Positions 37,660 to 51,142 of a DNA stretch of 64,000 bases are shown here, in pieces (the stretch's first letter is position 1; the number at the start of each line of letters is the position of its first letter). Position numbers and translations under genes: made by a program. Location of the stretch: positions 9,982,001 to 10,046,000 of the forward strand of contig CM120649.1 in the NCBI GenBank assembly GCA_051362555.1, read 5' to 3'. The notes under the pieces were generated by a model. The model did no database searches, had not been told where the DNA came from, and worked only from the letters and a program-made list of their open reading frames with translations. Source of the DNA: Lingula anatina. Its lineage: Eukaryota; Animalia; Brachiopoda.

Positions 37660-39258
37660 ATTGTTGTCTGCTTTTTGTGCACTTTGTATAATACATGTCA
37701 TCTTTTTTAAGGCAGTGTCTGTTGCGCCTTTACATAGAGGATGGTATTCTTTATTGCAACCGTCATAAATGACATACAGGGTGTGTGTATCTGGCAGCTG
37801 GCATTCACAGTAGAAATTGACCGCGACTGAGTTTCTTTCACACAATTTTTAATTTTACGCCGGCTTGTAATAGGAAAAAGCAATAGATGACGTCTTTTTT
37901 AACAAAAAAATAAATGTGAACTAAGTTTTTTGCGGTCATACTTCATGGTTGTTGGATCTTTGCTGTTTGCCAATGTAACCATATTCGCTATGACGTACAA
38001 ACCGCAATTGTAGTTTACTAGTTGTTATTTTGTTAGGTTACCGCAAAACGTTAATTTGTAGAGTTCTTGACAATGCCATGGTGCTATCAATGTCGCAATG
38101 CATTGTTCCATGGTTGGAATGTCACTGAAAGAAGAATCGCATATATTCAGCGTATATGGGACACACCCCTATGTTTGAAACTGTGAGCCAATGTGTTCCG
38201 CGGTCTGGTGTTCGGTTTATTATTTGGATAAATCTATTTTTGTGACGCTTGAAATCTAACTGTACTGCCAGTGAACATGACTAGAGTCCTTCTGGAAGCG
38301 GGAATTGGTGTTTAATGTTATATCATGACAAGCGTCGATTATCGTTCCATTCAGCCAACCACAAGGGTCAGTGATTATATCGCGGTCTCTGATGTTCAAA
38401 TTTTCATTGATAATATTCCTATCAGCCGGGATTGACACTTCTCCGCTGTAGCTGATGTCCCATCCATTAAAGTGAGTAAAGTGTTCCATTCCATGGCCGT
38501 TGTCTGTATGTTCTGTTCCGTAGCTGCTGTCAGAGTATTCCGTGTCCCGAGTAGAGTGTTCTGTTCCGCACAATCGGTCACGGTGGGGGCTTCTTTCCAC
38601 CCTTGTATGTCACGAAGCAGCCACTTAAACTCTTCTTACTGATTGGTTCTTATTCTGATATCATCAACAAAATATTTCATAATACTGGGGGCCATTTTTG
38701 TTCGCAACAATGTAGTATGATAGAATATTTGTCTTCAGTCTGGGAGCGCAAAAGAGCATATAGGTCGTTCATGATTATGTTCCGGGTATTTACAAGAACC
38801 CCGTCGGCGATCATTTTGCGTTGGAACTCTTCAGATGACTCAAGAAGAACAATAGGAAATTGTATTTATAAAAGAAGACACAACGTCAGTTGTGCTCTGA
38901 TTTATAATCATCTCACCTGCCATCGCAAAATGTTGCATCATTACAGATGAAAAAGTTAAAGTGGATGACGGCAATCAATCTCGTCTGTTTTCCAAAAGCA
39001 CTTTTTATCTGCAGCCAAGTCTATATATCATGCTATCGTCACATTGTGACAAGCACATTGCATCGTGATGTGAACAGTGAACAACTGACACAGTCGATAT
39101 CACATACGTATCCTTCATTTCAAATGTTTTATCCTGATGACGTTTTGCAATCATGGCAGAATTACCATTTAAGAATGCCCTGACTGAAGATGACACCCAG
39201 TGTACAGAAAGTTGGATGAAATTTTCGGTTTTTCATCATCACCTTTCGCTGACGCCAT
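37660..39258 (-). pseudogene. Decayed Ulp1-like protease + PHD finger ORF, copy B
   Basis: Near-identical to copy A (ORFs 38256-38600 and 37600-37845). The His region is open here (IINRTPDRGTHWL), but there is an extra 1-nt deletion in the PHD end. Confidence 0.75.
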
Positions 39259-39827
39259 GTTAACATTGAGTATAGATGGCGCTGTGCAAGAGGTGAGACT
39301 TGTGGTTTGCACCATAGACCCCAACCGATATCAGTCAGAGGTTAATCGCCTGCTTCCTAAAAAAAACCGTGCAAGGATGGGGGCATAAGCATCTTACACA
39401 GGATAACCAGGCTCTAGTTGTGTGTGATATAGTGTGATTTGTAAAGCAGAGAGAGTCACGTCGAGACCGTCAAAATAGCGCCATTCCTATTGGTTTAAAG
39501 TTAAGGAACAATACAGGAGCTGTCCAATCAAATTTCTTTATACAGTAATTATTCCTGTTTATTGTTTTAGTAAACAAAGCAAAGATATAATTTTGCACAG
39601 TAGCTGGTAAGTTAAATTTTTGTTCAAAATTGACCATGAAAGTTTGTATCCAAGTTTTTTTATATGATAAATTTATTCTAAATGAAATTTTGGAGAATTT
39701 CCTGTTACACAACGTCAATTTTTTGCTGATAATCCCAATATAATGGAGTGTATCACTACAAAAGAAAGATGCAACTGAAATCTGTTATTGGAACATGTTA
39801 AAGTATGATTTGATTTATTTATTGCAG

Positions 39828-42800
39828 ATGTCAGTTAATATGGAAATTGAAAATAACAAAGAAGAGCAGTGTGCTCGTAAGTTGTGTGTGTGTGTGTATG
39901 TGTGCGTGCATGCACGAGAAGTTATTCATATATATAATCAGGCTGTACACTGTATGAGTCATAGGCTGAGTTCCCATACCTAGATCGATCTAACAGGGCC
40001 GATCCATCTCCAAGGGGTTTCTCCCAAAATTGCTTTCATCTTAAGCGTCTTAGATGTCTGCCACTCCTACTGAAGGTGCTAAATGATCATTAATATCCCC
40101 CTAGCAGCTTCTGGCACACATCTAAGCTGCTGAAGTTGATTGCAATTTAGGGAGAAACCTCTTGGAGATGGATTGATCCTATATAAGATAGATCTAGGTA
40201 TGGGGACCAAGTCTAATACATGTTCTACCAAATCAATACATTGTCCTAAACTGCTCTTGCGTACTTTTCAATGTTCTTATATAAATGAAAAAGAAATTGA
40301 CTTACTTATTCATAATAAGAATGCAATATATCCCTTTTTATGTACAGACACAGATGTGTCTGTACATATTGCCATCACCTGCGTCTGTCGTCGCCGATGG
40401 CGATGGCGATGCCGATGCCGATGCCGATGCCGATGCCGGCGCCGTGCACTTTCCTTGTAAACACGATAAGTGGAGGGCAGTTTTACTTTTTGGCTTTATA
40501 TTTACAGAGCTGATGAATATTCATAAAACGCAGGTCAAGTTCGAAAATCAGCATGATCGGGCCATTATTGTAGAAGTTATGCTGTTTTTTCACTTTTCAG
40601 CATATTTTTCACATTTCCTCAGATTCAATTCTTAGGCATGTTAACAGTCTCATTATTAAACTAATAAGATACGTAAAAGTTTTTGTTTGACATTTCCTGC
40701 ATCTTTACAACATTGTTAGTTGATTTTGTAAAAATGATGGTAAACTTGTTATCGTGTATTGTGTAATAAAGTTTCAAAAATGGAAATAAACTCATATCAT
40801 TGCAGTTTGTCAGATTGAATCATTCACTATGTTCAGAATCTCAAAATGGAAGAAATTGGACATTTAACACTGCTCTGTTGATATTTTTCCCATCTCATCA
40901 ATTTTCTTAGTTGATAATATAAAAATGGCAGTAAACTGTTAATTTCGTTTTATGTTAAAAATTGTTAAAAATGGGAAAAAAAAACATTTCAGAACAGTGC
41001 TGTCTTGTTTACATTTTGGCATTTTCAAGTTGTGACTTTGAAGTTCCATGGGCCTGAAGACCTTTGCTAGTCACATTTTCTGAATATCCATGATACTAAT
41101 ATTTTATTCTTAAAAATTGATGGTCATCATGCTGTTAAACATTATGTAATATTGCATCAAAATTTGAAAAAAACCTATTTTGGGCACTGCTCCCATGATG
41201 ACCATTTAAGAAAAACCATGTCACTTACTGTTCTCAAACAGTACAGTAAATATATATAGATGTGTCTGTACATATTGCCATCACCTGCGTCTGTCGTCGC
41301 CGTCGCCGTCGTTGCCGTGCACTTTCCTTGTAAACACGATAAGTGGAAGGCAGTTTTACTTTTTGGCTTTATATTTAAAGAGCTGATGAATATTCATAAA
41401 ATGCAGGTCAAGTTCGAAAATCAGCATGATCGGGCCATTATTGTAGAAGTTATGCTGTTTTTTCACTTTTCAGCATATATGCAACACTGTAAACACATTT
41501 CAACGAAAACCAATAGGCCTGTTGTCATGAAACTCACAGGAAAAATAGATCTTACTAAAATGCAGGTCAAGTTCAAAAATTGGCATGATCGGGCCACTAT
41601 TTTAGTAGTTATGCTTTTTTTTCTTTTTTCAGCATATATGCAACACTGTAAACACAATATAAGAAAAACAGATAGGCCAATTGTCATTAAACTCACAGGA
41701 GTGGTCAATCCTGCTAAAACGCAGGTTAAGTTCAAAAATCAGCATAATCGGGCCATTATTTTAGAAGTTATGCTGTTTTTTACATTTCCTTAGATTCAAT
41801 TCTTAGGCATGTTAACAGTTTCATTATTTAATTAATAAGATATGTAAAAGTTTTTTTTTGACATTTCGTGCATCTTTACAACATTGTTAGTTGATTTTGT
41901 AAAAATGATGTTAAACTTGTTATTGTGTATTGTGTAATAAAGTTTCAAAAATGGAAATAAACTCATATCATTGCAGTTTGTCAGATTGAATCATTCACTA
42001 TGTTCAGAATCTCAGAATGGAAGAAATTGGACATTTAACACTGCTCTGTTGATATTTTTCCAATCTCATCAATTTTCTTAGTTGATAATATAAAAATGGC
42101 AGTAAACTGTTAATTTCGTTTTATGTTAAAAGTTGTTAAAAATGGAAATAAACCCATTTCAGAACAGTGCTGTCTTGTTTACATTTTGGCATTTTCAAGT
42201 TGTGGCTTTGAAGTTCCATGGGCCTGAAGACCTTTGCTAGTCACATTTTCTGAATATCCATGATACTAATATTTTATTCTTAAAAATTGATGGTCATTAT
42301 CCTGTTAAACATTATGTAATATTGCATCAAAATTTGAAAAAAACTATTTTGGGCACTGCTCCCATGATGACCATTTAAGAAAAACCATGTCACTTACTGT
42401 TCTCAAACAGTACAGTAAATATGTACAGATGTGTCTGTACATATTGCCATCACCTGCGTCTGTCGTCGCCGTCATCGCCGTCACCGTCACCTTGCACCTC
42501 ATTGTAAACACGATAAGTGGAAGGCAGTTTTACTTTTGGGCTTTATATTTAAAGAGCTGATGAATATTCATAAAACGCAGGTCAAGTTCGAAAATCAGGA
42601 TAATCGGGCCATTACTGTAGAAGTTATGCTTTTTTCTTTCACTTTTCAACATATATGCAACACTGTAAACACATTTCAAGGAAAACCGATAGGCCTGTTG
42701 TCATGAAACTCTCAGGAATAATCGATCTTACTAAAACGGAGGTCAAGTTCGAAAATCGGCATGCAGCCTGAGTTGGAAAAGCAGTCTAATTGGCTTCTTT

Positions 42801-43553
42801 TTCTGGAAGTTATACATTTTCAAAGTGTGAACTTGAACTCTCATGGGCCTGAAGCCTTATGCTTGTTACACATTTTACTTTCATTGGTATTACCTGTTGA
42901 GCATAATTAAAATTTGATGTTGAATTTACAGTTTAACATAATGTACTTTTGCATCTGAATTGACAGTAGCCTATTTTGTGCATAGTTATTTCCTGCTTTT
43001 TGTCTGTACATTTGACAGCTTTGCTGCCTTGTTTATATTTAGTGAGTGATTTGAATGTCTGCAATTACAACATCAAAAAGATATATTGACAAGATTTCTT
43101 TCTATTTTCTGTTTCATTTTGAACAGCCATGGCCACTGTTCGAATACTCCTAAAGGACAATATCTTAAAAGCCAAAGCAGTGGGCAGAGGAACTGCCCTT
43201 GGAACATGGGACACCCAACGTGGTGTAAACCTTGCTAGGTGCACCGAGTTGGGTGTCCCTGTTCTAAGGGCGGAAGTTCTTCTGCCCAAGGCTGCAAATA
43301 TAGAGTGGAAGTTTGTTAGACCGCAAAACGTAATTATATTATATTAATTTATTTGTAATGACAAATGAACTGAGATGAAAATAATTTTCCTTTTTATTGA
43401 AAAAGAAAATCTAAGTTCAACAAATTTAAGTGCTTTTTTTTAGCTTCATTCATTTCTTGTAGATTACAATGTTTTTGATTAGTCAAATTTTAAATATATG
43501 TATCTTTTCATTTGGATTTTCTTTTTCATTTCAGACATTAACTTATCTTCAAT

Positions 43554-43588
<35 letters not shown>

Positions 43589-46125
43589 TTAAGCCTTACC
43601 ACCCTGGGTCTGGCTGGATATGGGAGCCTGAACCCTTTAGGAACAGGTGCCTCCAGGTGACCACCAAGGACAGCATGGAAGTGACCTGTACATGGGGAGA
43701 ACTGGACATGGAAATCAAAGGTCTTATAATTCTATTAAATCTAACTAATGGAAAGAAAAAGTGAATTAACATTATTATTCTATAAATGTAAGATATGGAA
43801 AGAAATGGTCCTTTAATTCTATCAAATGAAATTTAGACTATTTCATTCTCAGTGTCTATATCATAATTTGTGAATAACAAAAAATGTATGCATCTTATTC
43901 CAGAGTCTAACTACACATATGAACCTGAAGTCCACACCAGTGATAAGGAAATTGCAGGTAATAATTCAGTTGAGTTTAGCAATTTACTAGGTGTGTTTGT
44001 TCATTCTCACTATTTGCAAGGAATCTTGAAGTAAAATTATCAATGTTTTTGACTACAAACACTTTAACTCTCAGGGTGCAAGTCTTGACCCTTGAAGCTG
44101 TTGATTATCAGGGACCGTTCACAATGAATTTGGTCAATTTTGTCTACCTAGCTAATGTGCACTAACTCCATGGAAACTTCAGAATGCAATCAGATTAATA
44201 AAAAAACATAACTGACTAACACATCCCCTCTTGTTTCTTACTTACCTGTAATTACATTACTACTGCCGTAACGTAACGTGTAAAGCTTAGATTCAATATA
44301 AATTGTATTCCCTTTCATTTTAATTATTCTGTTTCAGTTGATGCCAAGGATGATAACAGAGTAAAGGCTCCTAACACTGAAGAGACAGGTAAGACAGAAA
44401 TCTCAGTAAAATATTTATTATTTAAATACACATATGAAATGTACACATGTGCACACTTGCACACACACACACACTCTTTATTTTCAGAAAAATCCATGCT
44501 TTTAACTGTGTAAAGATTGAACATGATTTGCACTCCTTTAAATTTGCTTCTGCTCTTTCAGTTGATACCAAAGACAAGAAATATGCAACAGTTTTAACAG
44601 TTGTAAAAAGTATTGAGGAGATAGGTGAGACCAGAAACTCAGTAATGCACATGTGTCCACATGCACTAACATGCACTCTCACACAGTACACACACACACC
44701 ACGTTGCTTATCCAAAGTCTTGTCTTTAGCATACTTAAGAAGATCCAAATTTATTTTAAGTGAATTGTATTTGAATGTGTTTTCACCAATGTAATTCCGT
44801 ATTTGTGCCCGAATTCCGTTTGAACATGGATTTTGTTTCATTTGGTTTCAATTCCATATTTTTTGCTTTAGCTGACATTAAAGATGCAAACAGTGTGTCA
44901 CTTGCTGAGGATATCAAGAAAAGAGGTAAGAAAGTTAGGTCCATTTAAACACACCCAAAAAGTTTACACACACACACACACACACACAGAAGCAGGCTCT
45001 CATACACAATCATTGTGTTAATTCACTGTTAGGTGATCTTATTCATTATTGTATCTTTGTCTGTGTATGATATCCTTGTTGTGCTCATGGACAGAATTAT
45101 TTTGTTTTCCATTTTTTTCTTCAGTTAATGTCAAAGACACAAAAATTGTGATAGAGGACGTGAAGGAGAGAGGTAAGATGACAGGGTCTATATAATAGGT
45201 ATCTACTTATTACAGTGTTAAAATGTGACTGTGCATGCACTTGCATGCACACACACACACACACACACATACACTCCTTGTTGTGCAAACAGTATTTGTA
45301 CTTTTGACAAGTATTAATTGAAATTCAAAATTTGATTATTCTTAACAGTCAGGGGCGGATTTAGGCTGTGTTCTGGGTCTTCCGGAAGACGGTCAGATTT
45401 TCAAGTTTACATTGACGGGTATCTATTTTTTTCTGTTGGAAGACGGTCAAAATTGGAGGATGAATCGACAAAGATAATTTGGAAGACTGTCAGTAAATAG
45501 CTCTGGATCCGCCCCTGACAGTGGTAAATGTGTTTCAATGTTGATTTATTTATGAAATAAGATGGTGCACAGACTGTATATTGAAGGTTATAATATATTA
45601 TAGCATTTTATGGAGTAATGTTTTGTAAAATATTTCAGCACCCAAGGATCGCCGTCCTTCACGGTGGCGGAGATTATTTAATCTTTTTACATCCTGCTTT
45701 AGGCGCAGGTCAAGGACATAAATGGTTATTATTATTATTATTATTATTAAATAAAAATTATCACTTCAAACATTCAGAAATTAGGAAAATTTGACATCAT
45801 TTTCAAAAAAACAGATTTATTTTACTGTCATATGAAAGTTATTTTGTTTCCTTCTTTGGATGGCATCATAGCTAAGTTGAAGTTTTTAAGAGGCAACCTA
45901 TGTCAAACAACTGGTAAAAATTGTATTTGAAGCCAGTTATTATATAATAGCAGCCAAGAGCTGGTGGTTGTTGGATTGCTGCCTTTTAATAACTAATAAA
46001 TTTTACCTGAATTATATTTTAATGTTTTTATCTTCTTATTTTTCAGGGAGGACAGTGCAGAACTACTAGAGTATTTTTACCTCTGTGGCAGTCAATTTAA
46101 AAACTTCAATATATCATTCTCTTAG
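39828..46125 (+). CDS. CBM20 domain protein, copy B, same predicted protein; join(39828-39876,43127-43329,43594-43720,43904-43957,44338-44388,44562-44624,44872-44925,45125-45172,45639-45708,46047-46125)
   Basis: Same exon lengths and GT-AG sites as copy A. Observed coding differences are TTA/TTG, ATA/ATC, GTT/GTA, GCC/GCT and GAT/GAC, all synonymous in the proposed frame. Confidence 0.85.
40339..43032 (+). mobile_element. HINE of the same family in intron 1 of CBM20 gene copy B, with three tandem 5' heads
   Basis: Begins TATGTACAGACACAGATGTGTCTGTACATA plus (GCCGAT)n and ends TGTCTGTACATTTGACAGCTTTGCTGCCTTGT. The head sequence recurs at ~41258 and ~42420. The empty site ATCCCTTTTTTATATTT is at 16691-16707. 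Confidence 0.85.
45350..45517. mobile_element. 168-bp MITE with 5-bp TSD, only in gene copy B intron 8
   Basis: TIR CAGGGGCGGAT...ATCCGCCCCTG. TSD ACAGT at 45345-45349 and 45518-45522. Empty site CTTAACAGTGGTA at ~29858-29870. Confidence 0.92.
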
Positions 46126-48388
46126 TTTTACAATAGAAATTTAATTTTCTGTTATCAAATGAGTTTTGTTTTTCCTTCTTTTCTAAATTAAAAAGTTTAA
46201 TTTAGCATTAAAATGTATAATGCACAATAAATAAAGTACTACATCAATTACTTTATTCCAATGCAATAAACAAAGTACTGCATCAATTACTTTATTCCAA
46301 TGCACAATAAATGAAGTACTACATCAATTACTTTATTACAATGCACCAAAATTTCTGACTCCCTGATCCCAGTGCTTGCTAAATTATCTCAAAATGTTTA
46401 ATCACATTTCTTATTTTATTTCTTTTACATTGAAACATTTAACTATAGATACATACATGAACAGTGGTATATGCACTTACCCAAAAACAGCTCAATTACT
46501 GAGTATTATATTTTTGCTTCTACATTTCAGCATTTTCACGTTTAAATGAAATAGATATGCCAATTCTTTGATTATGCAAGTTTCTTAATCCAAAATTGTA
46601 ATATCAAGGAAGGGAATGTCACAGAAGGTGCGCAGTACCAAGCAAATGTTTCCTTGTCTGGACACGGCTAGTTTTCCTGAGAAACAATCGTCAGTTTATA
46701 TATGATACTTAAAAATACAGAAAGAAATCACTGTCTTCAGTAATTATGGTGGTATTCATAAGGAGCTGCAAGCATGGCCTGTAGTTGTCTTGCTTTATTT
46801 AAAACGGGTCATAATGTCTTCAGACATTTGGGCAGCTTGAAATATTCCAATTACTTCGGATCCTTAGAGGTAAATGAGTTCTAACTGAAAAGTATAAAAC
46901 AAATTAATAAAAACAATTTTAAAATCCCAGCTGATTTTGGTCTTCTTAAAAAAGGGAAATGTTCACATCAGTAATATTTCCTAGGTTTCATGACACTTCG
47001 TTAAAGAAAAAATGCACAAACCTTTTCACTTTCTAAAACAATTATTCCAAGAGTACCAGCAGTATTTTCCATACAAATTAGTGGGTAAAATGAAATCGTT
47101 TCATTTCACAAACACACACACACACTCTCTCTTTCTCTTTTTCTCTTTCACTCTGAGTCTCTCTCTGTTTCTCTCTCTCTCTCTCTCTCTCTCTGGCTGT
47201 TTTTCTCTCTCTCCCTGGCTCTGTTTTCCTTTCTCTGTTTCTCACACACAAAATCCCTAAGTCCCTTTTTGCTAAATGAGCTGATAAACAGATTTATTTT
47301 ATTAATGAACTACTTATTAAGAAATGGATCACAACCAAAATCCTTTTTTTTTTTTTTTTTGTTAACTTGTTTCTTGGTCCCCTCAATTTCTACAAATGTC
47401 ATCAAACTGTATTAATAACTTTTTGCATAATGATTCTAGGACAGACAACACAGTAAAAAAAAACATGGTAATTATGTACATTTTAAACTCTGTCACTGGA
47501 CAAAAATTGGTTCTTAAACTTAATTACTAAATATTTCAGTTGCATGTCATAAGTAATAAATTTGCAAACAACCATTATTTGTATTTTGTTCCAGTTGTCT
47601 ACATTCTACTACAGATTGAAAAATGTTAGAAATTGTTGATAATCACACCTGGTGAATTTTTACAATCCCTCTTCTCTCCCAGTTCAAAGAGTGTCATTTC
47701 AATATTTTAAGAAGTTATCAATCAACACAACACAACAGTCCACCTAACTCTGCCAACATTCTGTATCAGTTACTTATAAGGAATGCTGAGCTATAATCAA
47801 CAAATAAAATTCTAGCATAACAATAATAATAATAAATAAATGTATATGTGAACAAATCAAATGTCAAAACATTGGAAGTTTAGTGGTTAAAAAAGGCTAA
47901 CCCAGAGGTAGATTTAGAGGGGGATTGGGGGGGGGGGTCCTTCGGTTTCTACAAAAACCAAAAAGAAAAAAAAAAAAGAAAAGAAAAAAACAACACTAAT
48001 TCTCCCCTCTCAAAATCAACATAAATTGTATTCCCTAGCTGCTTTATAGTCCTTAACCAATCCAAATGGACCCGATTTTGCCCTCCAAAACACCAAAATA
48101 TTTTGGGCCCTTCAGCGGGTCCTGAACCCTAACACAAGGGGGCCAAGGGTAGGCTTCGAATCCAAGGCCTGTTATTCGTAAGAAAAACTGACCCCCCCCC
48201 CTTTTCAAATCCTGGAACTGCCCCTGTCATGCCACCTGCAAACTGCGTTCAGCAAAGTGGTATCTTCTTTGCAGAATTATTTGCCAAATACCGTATTTTT
48301 TCTCAAAATTTACAATGTCGCAATCGCTTTAACACATTTGAACATTTTTAATGATTCCTTCTTCTTAGGGGTTTGCTTAAACCAAAAT

Positions 48389-48655
48389 CAGTGGCCGATT
48401 TAGGGGGTGTCAGTGGGGTCCTGACCCCTTTTGTCGTTTTGAAAATCACACCAATCTGAAATTAATAATTTGACTTGCTGAATCATATTTCCAAACAGCA
48501 CCGTTGGTCCTCTAAAATACAAAAAAAAATTCAGAGCCCTTCAGTGGGCCCCAACCCAACACCAATGAGGGGGGGGGGTCGAGGGTCGGCTTTGCATGCC
48601 TGTCATTCCTAAAAAACTGACCCTCCCCCTTTAAATAATCCTGGATCCGCCCCTG
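48389..48655. mobile_element. MITE with CAGGGGCGGAT-type TIRs (a related decayed copy lies at ~47903-48226 and a partial one ends at ~63038)
   Basis: CAGTGGCCGATTTAGG ... CCTGGATCCGCCCCTG. The internal sequence is shared with 47903-48226 (GGCCCTTCAG, TCATTCCTAAAAAACTGACCC). Confidence 0.7.
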
Positions 48656-50620
48656 TAACTCATCCCTCTGTTCTCACTGGGTAAACGGGTATTAAATTAC
48701 TGATTATGATACCATACACAAACTATTGATACAAAATCTATGAAAATGCATATACAAAACACTAACAGTGACCTCTGTATTGTGGTCAACTGATGACCCA
48801 TCACCAATGGTCAGTTTACCTGAGTGTCCTAAGTGCTCTCTTCGTGACCTGTTGACCACTGTCCACTACGAGTAACCCACTTATTGTTCCCAAGAAGTGC
48901 CCGCGGTTGCCGGGTAGAAATAGTCTTGCAAGCACATAGCTTTTCATCTTTATATACGCCCTGGAGCTGAGGGAAATTTTACAATGTTAGTCCACCACAT
49001 ACTCTCCCTGATGATTGGAAAATGTGTGTGTATAAGGGGGGATTAACCCTCTCTTAACCCTCCTAGCTCCTACGTCTACGCATCGTTCTCATGCTGCCAC
49101 AACGCGCTCTGCGTTTCCCGGGAGTTGAAGAGTTAACGCGGGCAGCGTCATTTTAGGGAGAGGCAGATGAAATAGAAAGGTCTCACGATATCTGCAAAAT
49201 TGTACATTGTGAAATTAAATAATTGGGACACTTTTTTTAACTTTGTAAAATATTGCAATGTACTTTGCTTTCAGTAACTTTATTTATGTCATTTTTTTTG
49301 GTCACTTGATAATGTTCTCTCACCGTCTTCCCCCTAAAATGTTCCACACTAGAAAAATTCGATAACCGTATGGGAGAATTATACAGGCAATTGGCCTACT
49401 TCACCAGCTGGGCGGCAATCATCGCTATTTTACCACTTTTATGACCTGGGCGAGATTACGTCATATACACTTGGGATATGATGGTTATTTGTGATTGTTT
49501 AACTAATAAACTGCGGGTATTGATAAAATATTCATAAGTGTATCAGTGAAAAAGGAACATTTATATTTGAAAATTATAAAAAAATGTGTAATGAACCCAA
49601 AACAAACAAAAAACCTGCATTTTTCTCTTATATGCAAATTAGATTGTCTTCAGTAATAAAGCTGACAGGATGTGATGCTCAAACCAAAGATTCCAAAGGT
49701 GGCAATCTTAATTAATCTTTATTTTGATATTAAATCATTCGATAATATTTTTATCGGTAAAAATATAATTGAAGCTACCAAATTAAATTTTCCTGGAGAA
49801 TTTTTTTCTTATTGCAAACCAATGCTCGACTCGTTCCTGGGATGAATTTAGTAACAGCCAGAAGGTCCTGAGAGTACTCCCCCCTCCCTCTACTCCAATG
49901 TGTTCTACATGTATGCCCTATCCAGTGAGCAGACAACGTGTACCCTCTACACACTGTTAGATTACTTATATATGTATTCTGTATCCCTTTACCTTTTTAT
50001 GAATTAACGATTCCTAATATTGAGGTGCTTATAAAAAGCGATTGCTATATATTTTTATTGAAGGAATGATAATAAAGTACCCGGGAAGGGGGGGGGGGCG
50101 GAATCAGTAGGGGTGGGTTACATTCTTTTTGTCTACAAAAAGGGTAGGAGTGGGATCCAAAAATTGAGTCATGCATTTAGGGTGGGCCACATGCTAACTA
50201 GGATTTATTTTGGCACCAACCATGTGCAATTTTTGAGAACAACTAGCCTATATACTACACTTAATCGAAGTAAAACATATCGAAAGAGGTCTGTTACTGG
50301 TTCTTCTTTTTTACAAGCAGTTTTTAGAACAAACAACAAAAGTTTCTATAGTTATTAGAGAACAGTTACACAAAGCGCATCACTGACAATGCCTGCCACC
50401 CAGTTATTCATTTAGAAACATATCCATGGCTGCCGTACCATAAAGTATTCTACTCAGGAAACTCCCTTGTGCAAAGAATACGTTTCTTAAGACAGGATTA
50501 ATGCACATCTTTTTTTCCAAATAGTTGTCGGTTTAACAGATTTTGCATCTGTTAGGAATCAAACACGGACTGCGCGCGTGACAGGCGAGCATTATTTCAT
50601 TGAAGCTCGCGTGCTTCTAA

Positions 50621-50834
50621 GACCCCATTCCCAGAGATTAGATCGATCCAACTAGATCGACCAAACTCCCTGGGGGTTCACGCTAAATAGCTGTCAGCCG
50701 AGCGGGCACGAAAGTTAATTACCCCCTTACAGCATGTAGAAGGCGGGACGGACATTTAAGCCGGATTATCTGACAGTAATCTAGTGAGACTCCCCACGGG
50801 GATAGATCGATCTAAAATCTATGGGAATGCGCCC
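50621..50834. mobile_element. PIF/Harbinger-like MITE
   Basis: TAA TSD on both sides; GACCCCATTCCCAGAGAT..AGATCGATC / GATCGATCTAAAATCTATGGGAATGCGCCC. Confidence 0.75.
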
Positions 50835-51071
50835 TAAGACGTAAATTTGCCCGGATGGCCCTGCCCCCCCCCCTCACCAATAATCCTTCCGTGATGCTTT
50901 CAAACTTTTGTGCAAGTTTAAGTAATACTGGTATGTCCTGTATTTTGAATGAGTTACCGACACCAATTTCATTTAAAGTGTCAATCTACACCTTCACACC
51001 TTCATCTAATGTCGTAAGGTATTGTTATTAACATAATTAGATATGTCTGTATCTTCTGCAACTCATAGATT

Positions 51072-51137
<66 letters not shown>
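51072..51137. repeat. (CT)n(GT)n compound microsatellite
   Basis: Direct reading of the sequence. Confidence 0.9.

Positions 51138-51142
<5 letters not shown>

Larger units (their letters stand above)
11300..47258 (+). repeat. Recent tandem segmental duplication: copy A (start inside the satellite, to 31634) and copy B (31635-47258)
   Basis: Near-identical, colinear blocks (e.g. 12800-16700 vs 36230-40338; 27898-31634 vs 43381-47258). Both end ...CACACAAAATCCCT, after which copy A continues in satellite and copy B in unique DNA. The left edge is approximate because it lies in the array. Confidence 0.92.

Noticed and set aside
41260-41793. 177-aa ORF with internal repeats
   Set aside because: It is a translation of the HINE head and its ~160-bp repeats and is not open in the other copies.
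49054-49136. piggyBac-like mini element (TTAACCCT...AGAGTTAA)
   Set aside because: Terminal repeats match poorly and no second copy or empty site is in the window.
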